Below, piece by piece: positions 50,540 to 64,000 of a stretch of DNA of 64,000 nucleotides; positions within the stretch are counted from its first letter, which is position 1, and every line of letters starts with the position of its first letter. A program made the translations under genes and the position numbers. This DNA comes from Octopus vulgaris (Eukaryota), in NCBI GenBank assembly GCA_951406725.2, contig OX597814.1:102238001-102302000 (forward strand), read 5' to 3'. The notes beneath the pieces are model-generated. The model made no database searches, was not told the origin of the DNA, and saw nothing but the letters and a program-made list of their open reading frames with translations.

Positions 50540-52313
50540 TACTTCTTTCCACTGTTTTCGAATTAAAAATAATTTTCTTATTGTTTAAAGTTGTAACATT
50601 TAAATAATCACAAGATGTATTAGATGAAGTGATGAAAGTTAGTAATTTATTGTAGATTTTATTCAATTATTACGTAGTAATAACTACGATCAGTTTGTAA
50701 AAACTACAACAGTTGCGTGTTGTGAATATCAGACAGTTTTTACCCCGTAAGTTTCGCTTCAAGACTTCAAGGCTTGCGTGGAAGAAGCCTATCAGCGTGT
50801 AGTGGGCCAAAAACCTAGTTCGAACTGGAGTCACTGAAAGTGAATTAGATATAGCTAGGTTCACCTCTATTTTACATAAAGATGTGCTGTGTTTTTCACA
50901 GGTTAAACATATGAATTTTAAGTGCACAATTAGAGAACAACAGAAAGGAAAGTGAAAACTCAGGTTTCGATCTTTGGTCATGAATCTTTTATATACTTCA
51001 TACACAGTATCAAAGTCTGAATCCAGTTGAGAAGGATTTTTTTTATTACTTTCTCACACCAAACTTCATACAATGCTTTCTTTCTTTGCGTTTATTCCAT
51101 ATAAAACATGGTGTGGCATTTTAAATCTCGGTAATTTTTTTAAATTGTTCCATATTTTTTTTACCATCTGCAAACACACGTCTCAATATCGTTATATCTC
51201 ATCGGTGCAGTAATTAGAAAATTTAGTGAATTTAACTCAAAGCTATGTATAAATTTAAATGAATATGAAGCGTTTAATAAAACAGTGTTGCAATCAAAGA
51301 TATTTTTCATTCATTAAGCTGAGCGTGTTTAATGAAATTGAAGTATGTTTCTCCGAGGAAGTTTATTGAAAAAAACAAAAATATGGAAAGGAATCCTTAC
51401 ATCTAACTAGAATTTAACGTTCTTACCATGCTTACATAGAAGATTAAGATAGATGAATGGGCAAGAAAATTTCTTTTTGTAAATGCCTTACATTTGTAAA
51501 CTTTAAATCCTTAGTCTTTCCCTTGCTGCGACGCACATTATTTCATCCTCTCTAGCTATGCCTATCTCTGATCTGAAAAGGTATTTGATATCTCTGGATA
51601 CTTTCTGTGGCGTTCTACTTCATTATTTTCTTGACAGGTTGGTGTGGAAGACCTACTAACCATTAGCTCATCCCACCCCTTTTATATGTGCTTGGAATTG
51701 GCAGGCAGCCTCGTTTCAATAGCCAAGCAGAGAGGAAGATATTTTTATTGACCTCGGAAAGATGAAAAGCAAAGTTGACTTTGACAAGATTTGAACTCAG
51801 AACCGAACCCGAGGAGAACAATTTAGACCTCATTGTGGATCAGGAATTTTGAGTTGGAAGACGTCTGTCCACAATTCTGACTTAAGCAGCTTTTGACTGT
51901 TAGTTGGTGACGAAACGGGCTACGTAGTAGAATAATTCTACTGAATATCAGATCTTGGTTTCAACCATACTTAACAAAATCTCACAAGTACGAATGAATT
52001 TCCTCTATGAAAATCATTAAAATTTTTTGATACACCGCAGTATAAAGATATTTGAAGCATTATACAGTATAGGGAGTATAATTCTTTCATATCATATTAA
52101 TCACTCATCCGAGTGAATTGCCATTAAAAGTTTTAATAAGTTTTAATATAACTGGGACAAATATGTTTGAATCTAGATGACAATTGACTAATTTTCTTCA
52201 TTTATTTGGTATTTGAAATATTATGAATCAGTAAAAGACGGTGGTTTGGGAGAGTAGGCAAGACGACGAATAAAATGGCTGGCAATATTTAGTTATATTC
52301 TTTTGCATCCTGA

Positions 52314-52702
52314 GCGCCGGGCGACATGCTTAGCGGTATTTCGTCCGCCGCTACGTTCTGAGTTCAAATTCCGCCGAGGTCGACTTTGCCTTTCATCCTT
52401 TCGGGGTCGATTAAATAAGTACCAGTTACGCACTGGGGTCGATATAATCGACTTAATCCGTTTATCTGTCCTTGTTTGTCCTCTCTGTGTTTAACCCCTT
52501 GTGGGTAGTAAAGAAATAGGTATTTCGTCTGTCGTTACGTTCTGAGTTCAAATTCCGCCGAGGTCGACTTCGCCTTTCATCCTTTCGGGGTCGATAAATT
52601 AAGTACCAGTTACGTACTGGGGTCGATGTAATCGACTTAATCCGTTTGTCTGTCCTTGTTTGTCCCCTCTATGTTTAGCCCCTTATGGGCAGTAAAGAAA
52701 TA
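52314..52702 (+). mobile_element. SINE family 1, 5'-truncated dimer
   Basis: Two cores. TSD tatattcttttgcat(c/t)ctga. Confidence 0.9.
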
Positions 52703-54279
52703 TATATTCTTTTGCATTCTGAATTCATATACGCTCAAAGTCAACTTTGGCCTTAATCCTTCTGGAGAACGATTAAATAAGCAGTAACGTACTGTTGCGC
52801 TTTAATCGACTGTAATCGTCTAACCATGTGCCAATTTTAGAAATCAATATTGCGAAAATGTTAACGGCAGAAACGATAGAAAGCCCCCACCCCCACCCCA
52901 AAAAAAAATTGCTTGTATATAGTTACTTCTCTTTACTTTATGGATTCCACTTCGGCCGACTTTAACTACATTTTGAAATCAATAAAATGAGCACCAGTCA
53001 AACCTCGATGTCAAGCTAATAGAATCTACCACCCACTACCTCTAAAACTTATGTACTGATAATAATGTTAACGAGCGAAAGGGCCGTGACTTGGTAGAAT
53101 ATCCAGAGCACCGGCAAAAAGTGTTCTACTGTATTTGCTTCTGTTCTTTTACGCTCTACGCTAAAACCTTGCTGGGATTAACTTAGCTTTACATACTTCC
53201 CATCTCGACAAAAAGTACTAGTTAAATATTAGGTGTGATTAAACTGACTACCTCCACTCTCCACGAAATATGTACCCTTGTACCAACGACAGAAATCAAA
53301 ACCAAATCTATTAAACAGATAAACCAGGGATTCGAGAACACAAGTTCTCGTTATACATGTGAAAAGCATTAAAAGTTAAGCGAATGCATTGAAACAGAAT
53401 ATTTCCTACTGTTTTCCTGACAAACTATTTATGAATGAATTTTTGCAATTGTGCATGGAAAAGCATACCATTGGACAGCTGCGTGTTATATAGTCTAAGC
53501 TGTCGAGTTGATAAATGAGTTTACGATGGATTATCTTGTTAATAATCGAGCAGTATTACACCTACCCTAACACTACGAAAAAGAAAATAATGGTTTTTGC
53601 ATAAATCAGTTTCAGTGAAATGTTGTAAGCGATTCCACTCTTATCTCAATAGTTCAGATTCTTACATTTTCATCACATTTCAGATCAAATATCGAAGCTC
53701 TTCATGTAACCAGTTGTGCCTTCATAGACGTAAAACGAAAGTCATTTTTCTGTTTCATGACTGTCATATTGTTTCCAGGCAAGTGCATTGAGAAAAGATT
53801 GGCGAGTAGTTTTGTGATATCTGCTTCGGAATCTCGAAGTTGAAATCAAACCGGGAGTTAATAAAGTAACTAAAATTCTCTTCATAACAAGTATAAATTG
53901 ATTATATGTCACTATCGTCAAAGATGTTGTTGGGCAGAAAATCTTCAGTAAACTGGGTCCATAGTCTGGTTTCTATTTTTAGGTTCTGACAATTCATTTG
54001 TATTGATTATGAGATTTAATGATTGTGTCAGAAATCTTTATCATCATCAGAAGGCATCAGTTCACGATTGTTAAAGTATACTTTCTACTTGCGTGTCATT
54101 AGAGGCGACATTAATCCTTTAGCATCACGCTTTAAAATTCTTCAAACATATGGTGTAACCAATGGCTACAAAATGAAATGGGAGATTATTTTTTTTTCCT
54201 TTGAAGACTATTATAAATATAATCAAAATCAGTGCAAACTTTAAACATGATTCTTTTAATTTAATTCTGCGGAAATACC

Positions 54280-55790
54280 TATAGATGATATTGGTTGAGG
54301 TGTAATCTGACGTGACTCCGCTCAGAAGGCTGTAATCTCATTTGATGGGAAAAGGGTATGAAGAAATATATGGAACAAGGTGATAACTTTAAATGTCCTA
54401 CGGACTCACGTACCCCACCATCTCGCTCGCCACCTCGTTCCTGTTCTCCACCTGGAGATCTGGTCCAAACCAGATTCCGAGCAAATTTAACCGGGCCCTC
54501 CGTCCAGCGTCCGACTACGCTGCTGAGAGGCATCGACTTGCCACGTCAGATTCCCCACCTCCATTCTTTCCTACAAAAATGGTTCAACCGGCGGGTTAAA
54601 TACCTTAGACGTTCTTTCAGTTCTGCTATCTCTTTTGGCTGTCTGTTTTTAAGTTCGTTGTATATTTTTTCGGGAGATTTTCCCAACGTTACTGGGCTCA
54701 TCTTATTGTCGTTAACATACAAAGACTTTTGCGGTGAGGTCCAATGACCCCATCCAAGTGTTTATTTTTGTAAGTGATTGTCGCAGTGTCCTCTCTATCA
54801 GGAATATCGATTATCACAAGCATAAACTTGTTTTCTTTCTTTTTTCCTTTTTCCTTCAGTTCGGGTTTCTTGACCATTTTGGTTTTTGGATTCCCCTCCT
54901 GTGTATTGGTGGGCGACTCCATTCTCTTGGTTCTCTTACGTTACACTGTCTGGAAGTCCATATTTTCAGTGGATAGTGTCTCAACTAACTCTGGTTTCTC
55001 GGGATTTTCCCCACTAATGGAGGCGGTAGCTTACTGTGTAATGACCTCCTTGGCCGGAAGTGCTGCCTCTTTACTTTTCCCCTTGGGGTCATTTTTACTG
55101 ATAGAGGCGGTCACTCGCTGTGTAACGGCCTCCTTGGCCAGAAGTGCCGCCTCTTTACTTTTCCCCGTGGGTTCGTCTTTACTAGTAGAGGTGGTCGCCC
55201 GCTGTGTCATGGTCTCTGTGGCTGGTGGGGATCGTCTCTTCGTTTTTCTCTTCCTCCTCCTCCTCCTCCTCTGCTTCCTTGTCCTTTTTGGTGGGGCATT
55301 TTGACCTCAGGTACCCTTTTTTCACATTGAAAGCGCCTGGATCTTCTTCTCTCCACATGTACTGCCAATATTGACTCCTCTACGTGTATCATCTCGGGTA
55401 GACTTTCCAAATCCAGACTCGTCGCTTGTGCCAGGATCTCCAGAGTTTTACCCCGCCAATTCTGTGGAGCGTCTCTGGAGATCTGAATAATATTTATTTT
55501 GTCCTCTCTCTTGTTAGGAGTGTGACAACGATCCATTCTACCTCCACCTTTGGGGGGGGGTGTTCTTAATCCTTATCAGGGACGTTCTGCGTCCCAGATA
55601 TAGAGGCAGTAGCATGACGTCGCCACATAGCAAGGTTCGAGTTGAGAATTCTCTTGCCTTCTCAATCGATTCCAACCTTGCTTCGATGGTCGCGTATCTT
55701 GTGCCTCAGGCTAGGTATTTTATTTTGTTCAATACTCTTTAGAACTTTCTACGAAAAAAACTGACTGCCAACTCCAGCCGCTTTACAAAT
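54280..55790 (-). mobile_element. L1/Tx1-type non-LTR remnant: decayed ORF1 plus a short ORF2 piece
   Basis: GTRYATIEARL...LLPLYLGRRT, a broken zinc knuckle (RFQCEK...LRSKCP), a low-complexity region with 84-bp repeats, then VGRWTEGPVK-LLGIWFGPDLQ, resembling the RT thumb LLG motif. Confidence 0.65.
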
Positions 55791-56702
55791 ATTTATTTGT
55801 TTATGAAAAATCAACTCATTTCTGGAAAAAGTTAATATCTAATCAAGGAATTCTATCATAGATGACTTAATGTGGTCGTTCTCAAAACAAAACATCAAGT
55901 GAAGGGAACCAATGAGGGGAACGGTTTGAATGCATCCGTGCAATAGCTATGGTTGTAGTTACAGTAGTTTTTTTTTTCACAAATATTGTCAAAATCACTG
56001 CTTTAATTTCTTGAATAAAGAATTATATTCAGAAATTTTCCTGCATATATAAATACATATTAGCTGATACTGCAGTCTACCTTGTCGTTTGCCATCAATA
56101 ATTCATTCTATCATCCTATTCAAAGTGACTTCTCAAAAGTCAACAGTTTATATTTCTTCGTGACTGACAAAGTATTTGTAACATGTATCCAATATGATGC
56201 TTCTTAAATTGAATAAAAAAGTGTAAACGGAGAAGGTATTGAAGAAATTATTTTACACAAGCAGTGACAATTTTCCCGAAGTGGATATGAAAGCTTAAAT
56301 GTAAATTGATTCACTAATTTTATGTAAGGGACTCTTCGTTGATTCCGACAATGAGCATTCAGTTGTTCGACCAACTGAACTCCTGATCGTGAAATTAACG
56401 TGTAAATGGGTGAGTATTTCAAAGACGTATATTCTTGACACACTTCTCAGGCCCAGTCTGTCCGATACTAGGTTGGACCTTTAAATTGCACGAGCAATCC
56501 AAAGAAAAGAATAGACTGTGTACTGATTTGTCTGTCCGAAAAGATGAAAGGTTAGGTTGACTATTGCAAAATTTGAACGTAAAAATCCAGAACTACTAAT
56601 GTTTCAAACCATTCCATCCGATACTATAATGTTTATTGCCAATTTGTTACCAATTATATATCATACGTTTGTTTTCTAATTGCATCGTCTTCTCGAACTA
56701 TT

Positions 56703-57097
56703 ATTACCGCCGTCTTCGCTAAGGCGGAGGTAATGTTTTCAGTCGTGTTTGTTTGTTTGTGTGTTTGTCCGTGAACAAGATATCTCAAGAACCGCTGGAT
56801 GGATTCGATTCATATGAAACTTTCAGGGATGGTTGGCCTCGTGGCTGGCACAAGCTGATTAGATTTTGGGATCGATCCGGTACCGGACAAAGATTCTGGA
56901 TTATTTTTCCTGTGTTTTTTTTAAACTTTTTTACTTAAGTTTTAAGAGCGGTCAAGTTCATTTTTAGTATTCTCGTCTGTGATAGCAGTCGAGTTTATTT
57001 TAGATATTCTCATTTTAAAAATCATCTCTAGCTAATCGTTGAGAGGACGTTGGTGCTGCCTTGACGGAGGTTTGTGCTCTCTGAGTGCTCTTGTTAT
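56703..57097 (+). mobile_element. Helentron-associated non-autonomous element (HINE/DINE-1-like)
   Basis: ttattaccgccg...ggcggaggt start, (GTTT)n tract, and 3' end cttgacggaggtttgtgctctctgagtgctcttgtt with terminal hairpin. Confidence 0.7.
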
Positions 57098-57487
57098 AAT
57101 TGTTTTCCAGACCACCACACGATGTTATATTTCCAGATACTATAAGGCCTTAATTTCACATGGTATATACGTACATTTATTTAAACATATTAACATACAA
57201 ATCTTTTTTTCTTGTCTTTTTTGTGCCCTTTCCAATTCCTTTCCATATTACTCATGTTATGTTTCTATCTTAGGACTCAAAATTAACTTACATATCTTTT
57301 CGAACCAAAGAAGTGTAAATCTTTGTTTGTTCATGTTTGTTTTCTTCGTTTTAAATAGTTTATTGAAGTTGTCTTTGAGGTTGGTTACATCAGCAAATCA
57401 AACACAGTACACTTGTTTCGACCCCTACACAAACTATTCACGTCTATTGACTGCTATATTGTATTCATATAATGCGGGTGTATCATG

Positions 57488-57630
57488 CCGACCCCTGTTG
57501 TACTCTTTCGCCCCAACTTTCTCTCACTCTTTCGTCCTGTTTCTTGAGTAACGCTGCGATGGACTGGCGTCCCATCCAGCCGGGGGTAACACAAAGCGGG
57601 CCCATGAGACTGACTAGGCTTGAAAAGGGT
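57488..57630 (+). mobile_element. SINE fragment related to family 3 with a different 3' module
   Basis: About 55 nt shared with the family 3 body, then gctgcgatggactggcgtcccatccag. Confidence 0.55.
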
Positions 57631-58066
57631 GAAAAAAAAAACTTCCTTTGCTTACTCTGGGTCGATGAAAACCATAGTTTTCGGGCTTTCAATCTGAACC
57701 AAACTAAATATATTAAATTATCAAGGTGGAATAAATACCTGTTTAACATGAGGTAATAGGGATGAGGTTTGGCTGAGATAAATTTTGCAAATACTCAACT
57801 CAAGATCAATATTTCCTAGTCTTGACAACCATTCTAACATAACGATTTTATTATAGATAATATATTATCTATACAAAAGGTATCTGAGATAATATATTAA
57901 TCTAATATAACCGAACCTATATTTTGCAATGCACTTGAGCATCTGCTTCTTATCCGTAGAGTTCTGGTTGAAAAAATTATCTTTGCTAACATGGAACCTT
58001 ACGTACAAGAAAGATAAAAAGCATTTCTATAATACTGATTTATCACCGATGTTGAACCTTGAATAT

Positions 58067-58149
58067 ATGTGTGTGTATGTATGTATGTATGTATGTATGT
58101 ATGTATGTATGTATGTATGTATGTATGTATGTATGTATGTATGTATGTA

Positions 58150-58208
<59 letters not shown>

Positions 58209-58234
58209 ATGTATGTATGTATGTATGTATGTAT
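58067..58234. repeat. (TATG)n(TG)n(TATG)n microsatellite
   Basis: Direct inspection. Confidence 0.95.
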
Positions 58235-58544
58235 AGTGAGCAATCTGTAATATAAATGCATATATAGACAAATACTGAGTGGTAGTAATAAACGTGATGT
58301 ATTCATCTCAAAGATTAGATTTAATACCCAATTGTATTAATTTTCCCTTCAATTAAAACAGGCGTCATTTCCTGATATCCAGGCATTTGCTATGTAATTA
58401 ACATTTGCATATATTTTCACTTAATAGCCATTTTCACTTCATTTAAGATGAACATATTTAAGGTCATTTATTGGAGACATGTGTACACTAGTATAGTCAC
58501 AAAAATATTTAACTGTTCGTATTCACGGTGAAGAGACAGTTTTA

Positions 58545-59008
58545 AAGTAGAAAGTTGTTAAATGATAAAGTGAGTGAATGACTGACAGTAGGAGAGTGAG
58601 TGAGTGACAGTAGGAGAGTGAGTGAGTGACAGTAGGAGAAGTAAAATGAAAGTGAGCTGAAACATCCGGTGTTTATCTTGTTACACATGACGAGAGTAGA
58701 CAACAGGGAAAATGAGAGTAGGAAAGAGAAATAAAACGAGAGTGGATTGCAGAGGGACATTTTCATATGAGACCGCCGGAAAATGTTACGGCAGAAATTG
58801 TTTTCACCTCAATAGACGTCATTGATTGGTTTAAATTGCCGAAATGCAAGAAATTAAACAACAAATATGTTACAAACTACAGAATTTTCTCAATAAAGCC
58901 AAGAGAAAAAGATGTTTTATAAATACATTCTACCAGTATACGAAGTTTAAAATTTTTTAGTTACATAGAAATTATTTTAAAAATCTGCCGGTCAAAGTGA
59001 AAAGATCC
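58545..59008. mobile_element. Second copy of the aaaagatcc-ended repeat
   Basis: 58805-59008 matches 48858-49162. The left boundary is approximate. Confidence 0.7.
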
Positions 59009-59170
59009 GATATTTCATTACGTACATTCAAATATCAATAAGCACACAAATCGATAACAGATCATTTCATCAGATGGATGATATCGAAATACATTTCAAT
59101 ATCAATTGTGTGTTTGCTTTATTCATTTTGAAAATAAACATTAAAAAATTTAGTGTGTGTGTATGTATGC

Positions 59171-59249
<79 letters not shown>

Positions 59250-60089
59250 CGTGTGTGTATGATATTGGCTTCACTGGGTCAACGTTTTGCCTTTAACTCC
59301 TTAATGTAACAGGTTGAATAAACTGTTAAAAGTGAAACTTGAAGTCCCACTCAAACATTCTCCTTCTTATCAAACATATTAAGTCGTATCATCAGTAAAT
59401 ATTCTGTTGTTTTTCTGTAGGTTGATCAGCAATATCAAATAATAGCATTTCTTTACATGAAAGAATATCCTGAGCATAGTTCGGATTATTTTCCAAAAGT
59501 TAACCTTTCCCTTCAGAGTTAGAAGATTCTTCAGCTCCAAAATCTGTTGACATTCTACAAGGATCAAGTGATGCCCACAGTGGGGTACTACGTCCCCCAT
59601 CCGGATGGTGCTGCTGCCAGGCTCACTGATGTCCTGGGCCGCATCCAGAGAAGTGCTACTTAACCGATTGGTATTGGTCACAACCTCGCTTCTAGCGGAC
59701 ACGCTCGGTGTCTCCTCATTCTGCTTTTTCTGTTACTACTATTATGACTTCTGCTCATCAGAGCTTTTGGGTCTCGTATTCTCACCACCCGGGAACCTTG
59801 TCACACTCTCATCTCATCACATTTCGTCACCCTTGATGCGTCCAACCCACCTTTTCCCTGCATTAGTCCATGATGCCCAGTCCTTTTTTAATTCCAAGAA
59901 TACGGACCCTCTCGAACCTCCTCTCTGCTCTATCATCCTTGCAGGTGATGACCTAGCAAATGATAATCTCACGAGTCTTGGATGTGCTGCAAGTGTCTTG
60001 GGCATTATCCCTCCCTCAAAACTCAACAGTAAGTAGGTGTGGGTGTGTATACAGGCATGTGGTAAACATTAAAATATTTCACACACACA

Positions 60090-63000
60090 CATATATATAA
60101 ACGCAAGTTGTCTGTTTATGTCAAGTTGCCGTCTACAACCGTTAACGAATTTTCGTGAAACTCTGCAAACATGTTAAAGTAACATCCAGTTTATTACTAG
60201 GCTCATTGAAGTTTAATAAAAATCTATAATTGGATAGCTAGGGCCCCGAGAAGGGGTTCACATATATAACCAATATATTTTCCTTTAACAGCCAAGGGAA
60301 ATAACCCATTCATTTTCCTTTGATCACCTTAAACACTACCAAGCTCAAAGTTAATGGTCAAGGGATGAAAATTAACAACAGGTGGATCGTGTCCTACAAC
60401 CGTTTGCTGTCTAAAACATTGCAGGCCCATGTTAATGTTGAGTCATGCAACTCCATAAAAAGTATTAGATATGTATGCAAATACATCAAAAAGGGCTCAG
60501 ATATGGCGGTTTTTGGGACTTGAACAGGAGGCCAGGCAGATGAAATTCAGCAATATATGTTGGGCATGTATATTTCCTCTAACGAGGGCTTCGAAATCGA
60601 CGATCGGCATCCAACAATAGTGAATATATCTGTACATCTTGAAAATGGCCAACGTGTATATTTCACAGAAGACAGTGCTCGAAACGTAGTTCTGAATCCA
60701 CCAGAAACCTCTTTGAAAGCTTTCTTCAAATTATGCCGATGTTATCTGTTTGCCCGAACACTGTTGAATGTTGAGGTTCACGTGTACTATACTCGGGCAC
60801 ACAATATATGGAACAGGCGCAAGAAAGGAGCACGCGTTGAAGGCTAGGAAGAACATGTCTTCAGAAGTGGGGCCATCGGACGGGTGTACACTGTGTACTC
60901 TAATCAGCAGGAATGCTTCTTTCTGCGTCTACTGCTGTACACTGTCAGACCTTCGAAAATACAATGGGGAAGTCTTCAAGACCCACAGAGAAGCCTGCGC
61001 CAAACATGGACTACTGGAGGACGATACTCACTGGAACCAGGCACCGGAGGAGGCAGCAGTCAGTAGAGCACCAAGTCAACGGCACCAACTATTTTCTATC
61101 ATGCTGATAACATGTGGCTTGGGTGAACCTCTCAAACTTTGGGCGACCCACAAAACCAGAATGACAGAGGAGATCCTACAAAAGATTCAAAAGCAAACCT
61201 CAGCGGAAATAACCACGTTCAATAACGCCATTTACAACGAGGCATTACTTGACCTGGACACCCGAGTGCAAGCTATGGGAGATCAAAGCATTGCCGCGTT
61301 TAGTCTGCCTCCACCAGAGCAGACAGTAAACAATCTTGCAATTGAGTACCTGCGAGAAATCAGCTATGGCATCGAGGAAATGACGGCGTATAAAGCTGAT
61401 AACGAACACAAACTGATGGAGGACCAACTACGTGTTTATAAGACCATTATTTCGAGCATTGAAAGTGAAAGAAGTGGCAAGACATTTATCAACCTTCTGG
61501 CTAAACTGCGCCAAATGAAACACATTACCATAGCAGTGGCGTCAAGTGTAATTGATGCAACTCTGCTAAGTGGTGACTGCACAGCTCGTTCCTGTTTCAA
61601 ACTCCCTTTGGACCTGTCCAAAAAAGAGAAGGCAAACAGCAACATCAGTCGTGGTTCTATAAAAGGCAAACTTTTGGGTGAATGCAGGTTGATCATCTGG
61701 GATGAGGCGACAATGAGCCATTAGGTTTCCTTTGAAGCTCTTGACATGGCCTTCAGGATCTGAGACACACCACCAGGCTCATGGGAGGTGTCACAGTCTT
61801 GCTTGCAGGAGACTTTATACAAAACCCTTCCCGTGGTTCCAAAGGGGATAAGAGCTGATTAAGTAAATGCAAGCATAAAGTCGTCCTACCTATAGAGCAG
61901 TGTGCAAAAGCTGAGACTCACAACCAACATGAGACTGCAGCTCAGTGGTGATGATACAGACAGAACCTTTTCAAAGCAACTGTTGGACGTCGGTAATGGC
62001 ACTTCGGTTGACGAGAAGGATGGCCGAATAAGCTTGCCTTTTGGATATATGGTATCTGATTTAAAGGAACTAATGAATAAGGTGTTTCCTAACCTGAGGA
62101 ATCAGTTTACACACCACAACTGGCTGACACCCGTGCCATTTTAGCTCCAAAGAATGTGGCGGTTGATGATTTGAACATCAAACTTCTGGAACAATTGCCA
62201 GGTGAGCGTCACATCTACAATTCTATTGACACAGTACTCAACATCGGTGAAGCTGCGAATTATCCAGTTGAATTCTTGAATAGTCTAACATCACTCGGCT
62301 TCCCACCTCACAACTTGCACCTCAAGATTGGGGCACCAGTTATGCTCCTTCGATCCGCCAAAGCTTTGCAATAACATATGACTTATAATAAAGAAGATGA
62401 TGCTAACAGTCTTGGAGACAACAATTTTGACTGGTAAAGCAAGCGGTGAGCCTGTATTAATTCCTAGAATTCCACCTATTCCCTCGGATATGCCTTTCCA
62501 GTACAAGCACCTGCAATTCCTGTTGAAACTGAGCTTTGCAAGGCCCAGGGGCAGTCCTTGGATGTGGTAGGTCTGAACCATGCAGAACCAGTTTTCTCCC
62601 ATGGCCAACTTTATATGGGATGCTCTAGAGTCGGCAATCCTAATTACTTATTTATTTATGCCCCAGAAGGAAAGACCAAAAATGTTGTTTATCAAGAAGC
62701 TCTGCAAACTTGATAAGATTCATCAAATTATCAGATATTTATTATTTAACTGTAATATTTGTAAGTGTTGTAAATGTATTGATAATCTACATGTTATTGT
62801 ATTTTAAAATCTGTATGCAAATTTATTTGCATATCTACTGTAAAACTAAATGTCAGTCTGTTTTTACATTTATTGTAAATCTATTTCTACACTAGCGCCC
62901 CTAAAGGTATATTCTCTGGGAACGCAGAAAAGCCTTTTTCAGAGTTATTTACTTTGAATTGTTATTATCTCATATCCTATTAGCCTGTTATTACGTAACA

Positions 63001-63351
63001 TGCTTCACGATTTTAGTATGCATACCTTATTAGTGTTTCCTCTTAAGTTATATATACTTTGGGAACACATTAAAACCCTTTTCCGGGTTACTTTATTTGA
63101 ATTCTTACTATCGGGTAACTGATTTCATGTTATTACGTAACTGACTTCACGATTTGGGCATTCATAACTTATTGGGATTTCCTAAAAACAAAATCCAATG
63201 TAAGACAGTTCGGTATTCTCTGCAAATTCACAAAAACCGTTTTTAGGGCTACATACTTTATATTGTTGTTATTAGATTAGCGAAACAGCAATGAGAACAG
63301 AACCAAGGGATAAGCCCCGCTTTTCCAGGAATTACCAGGTACGTCAGCTAA
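60090..63351 (+). mobile_element. Helitron with decayed RepHel (Rep C-terminus plus PIF1-like helicase)
   Basis: NRWIVSYNRLL...AHVNVESCNSIKSIRYVCKYIKKGSD, VHLENGQRVYF, SGKTF, IIWDEATMS, LLAGDF, YPVEFLNSL...PPHNLHLKIGAPVMLLR. 3' end ccaggaattaccaggtacgtcagCTAA. Confidence 0.93.
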
Positions 63352-63364
63352 TATATATATATAT

Positions 63365-63420
<56 letters not shown>

Positions 63421-63424
<4 letters not shown>

Positions 63425-64000
63425 AGCAGACAATGGAATGGCAATGGCAAATGTCACTCTATGTGTGCTTCGTCGACTTTGAAAAAGCATTTGACAGCGT
63501 AGACAGACAGACAATCTGGGACATCTTACGACACTATGGTATGTCAGAGAAGATCGTGGGCATTATTCGATTACTCTACGAGGAGTTTTCTTGCCAGGTC
63601 ATCCATGCTGGGAGATTGTCGGAGGAATTCAGGGTCAGCACGGGAGTCAGACAGAGCTGTTTATTGCCACCGCTCCTGTTCCTCGTCGTGCTGGACTGGG
63701 TCACCAGGACGGCCTACGCTACCTCCGGCAAAGGTATTCAGTGGACACTGATGAACAAGCTGGAGGACTTGGACAACGCAGATGATCTCGCGCTACTGTC
63801 ACATCGCCTGCAAGACATACACGATAAGGTAGACCACCTGACAGAAACTTCACGGCGAGTGGACTTGAGGATCAGCCGGGAAAAGACAAAAGTGCTGCGT
63901 ATCAACAACAAGTAGGAAGAGCCAATCACAATCGAGGGGGCACCTGTAGAGGACGTTAGTGAGTCTGTCTATCTTGGCAGCAAGATCAGCAAATCAGGTG
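63421..64000 (+). mobile_element. RTE-clade LINE reverse transcriptase fragment, 5'-truncated, runs off the window
   Basis: FVDFEKAFDSVDR, GVRQSCLLPPLLF, DLDNADDLALLS (YADD mutated), YLGS. In-frame stop at 63915. Confidence 0.92.

Noticed and set aside
54774-55304. Hydrophobic 176-aa plus-strand ORF as a membrane protein
   Set aside because: It is the antisense shadow of the purine-rich LINE ORF1 on the minus strand.
59480-60035. 143-aa ORF ending near a gtaagt donor-like site
   Set aside because: No recognisable protein. More likely a decayed LINE fragment, but not supportable either way.
60768-61724. Host PIF1 helicase gene
   Set aside because: Preceded by Helitron Rep motifs, intronless, frameshifted and followed by a Helitron-type end.

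Overview
AT-rich, microsatellite-dense eukaryotic DNA made up almost entirely of transposable-element remnants. The SINE families and repeat landscape suggest an octopus/cephalopod genome (inference). I found no convincing intact host gene, rRNA, tRNA gene or CRISPR array, and most of the supplied ORFs are translations of simple repeats. Supported content: two near-full-length mariner copies in inverted orientation that share about 325 bp of flank, other Tc1/mariner remnants (irritans-like, DD37D/maT-like, DD41D/rosa-like), a decayed Helitron RepHel with a non-autonomous partner, RTE, R4/Dong-type and L1/Tx1-type LINE fragments, three tRNA-derived SINE families, several MITEs, and many Penelope-like terminal repeats in (TA)n tracts. 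The most interesting signals are: (1) a structured RNA motif with compensatory base changes across diverged Penelope-like termini, with a fixed GAAA-N24-26-CUGANGA spacing; (2) variant hammerhead ribozyme candidates; (3) SINE multimers inserted as single TSD-flanked units; (4) a composite mariner carrying extra DNA.
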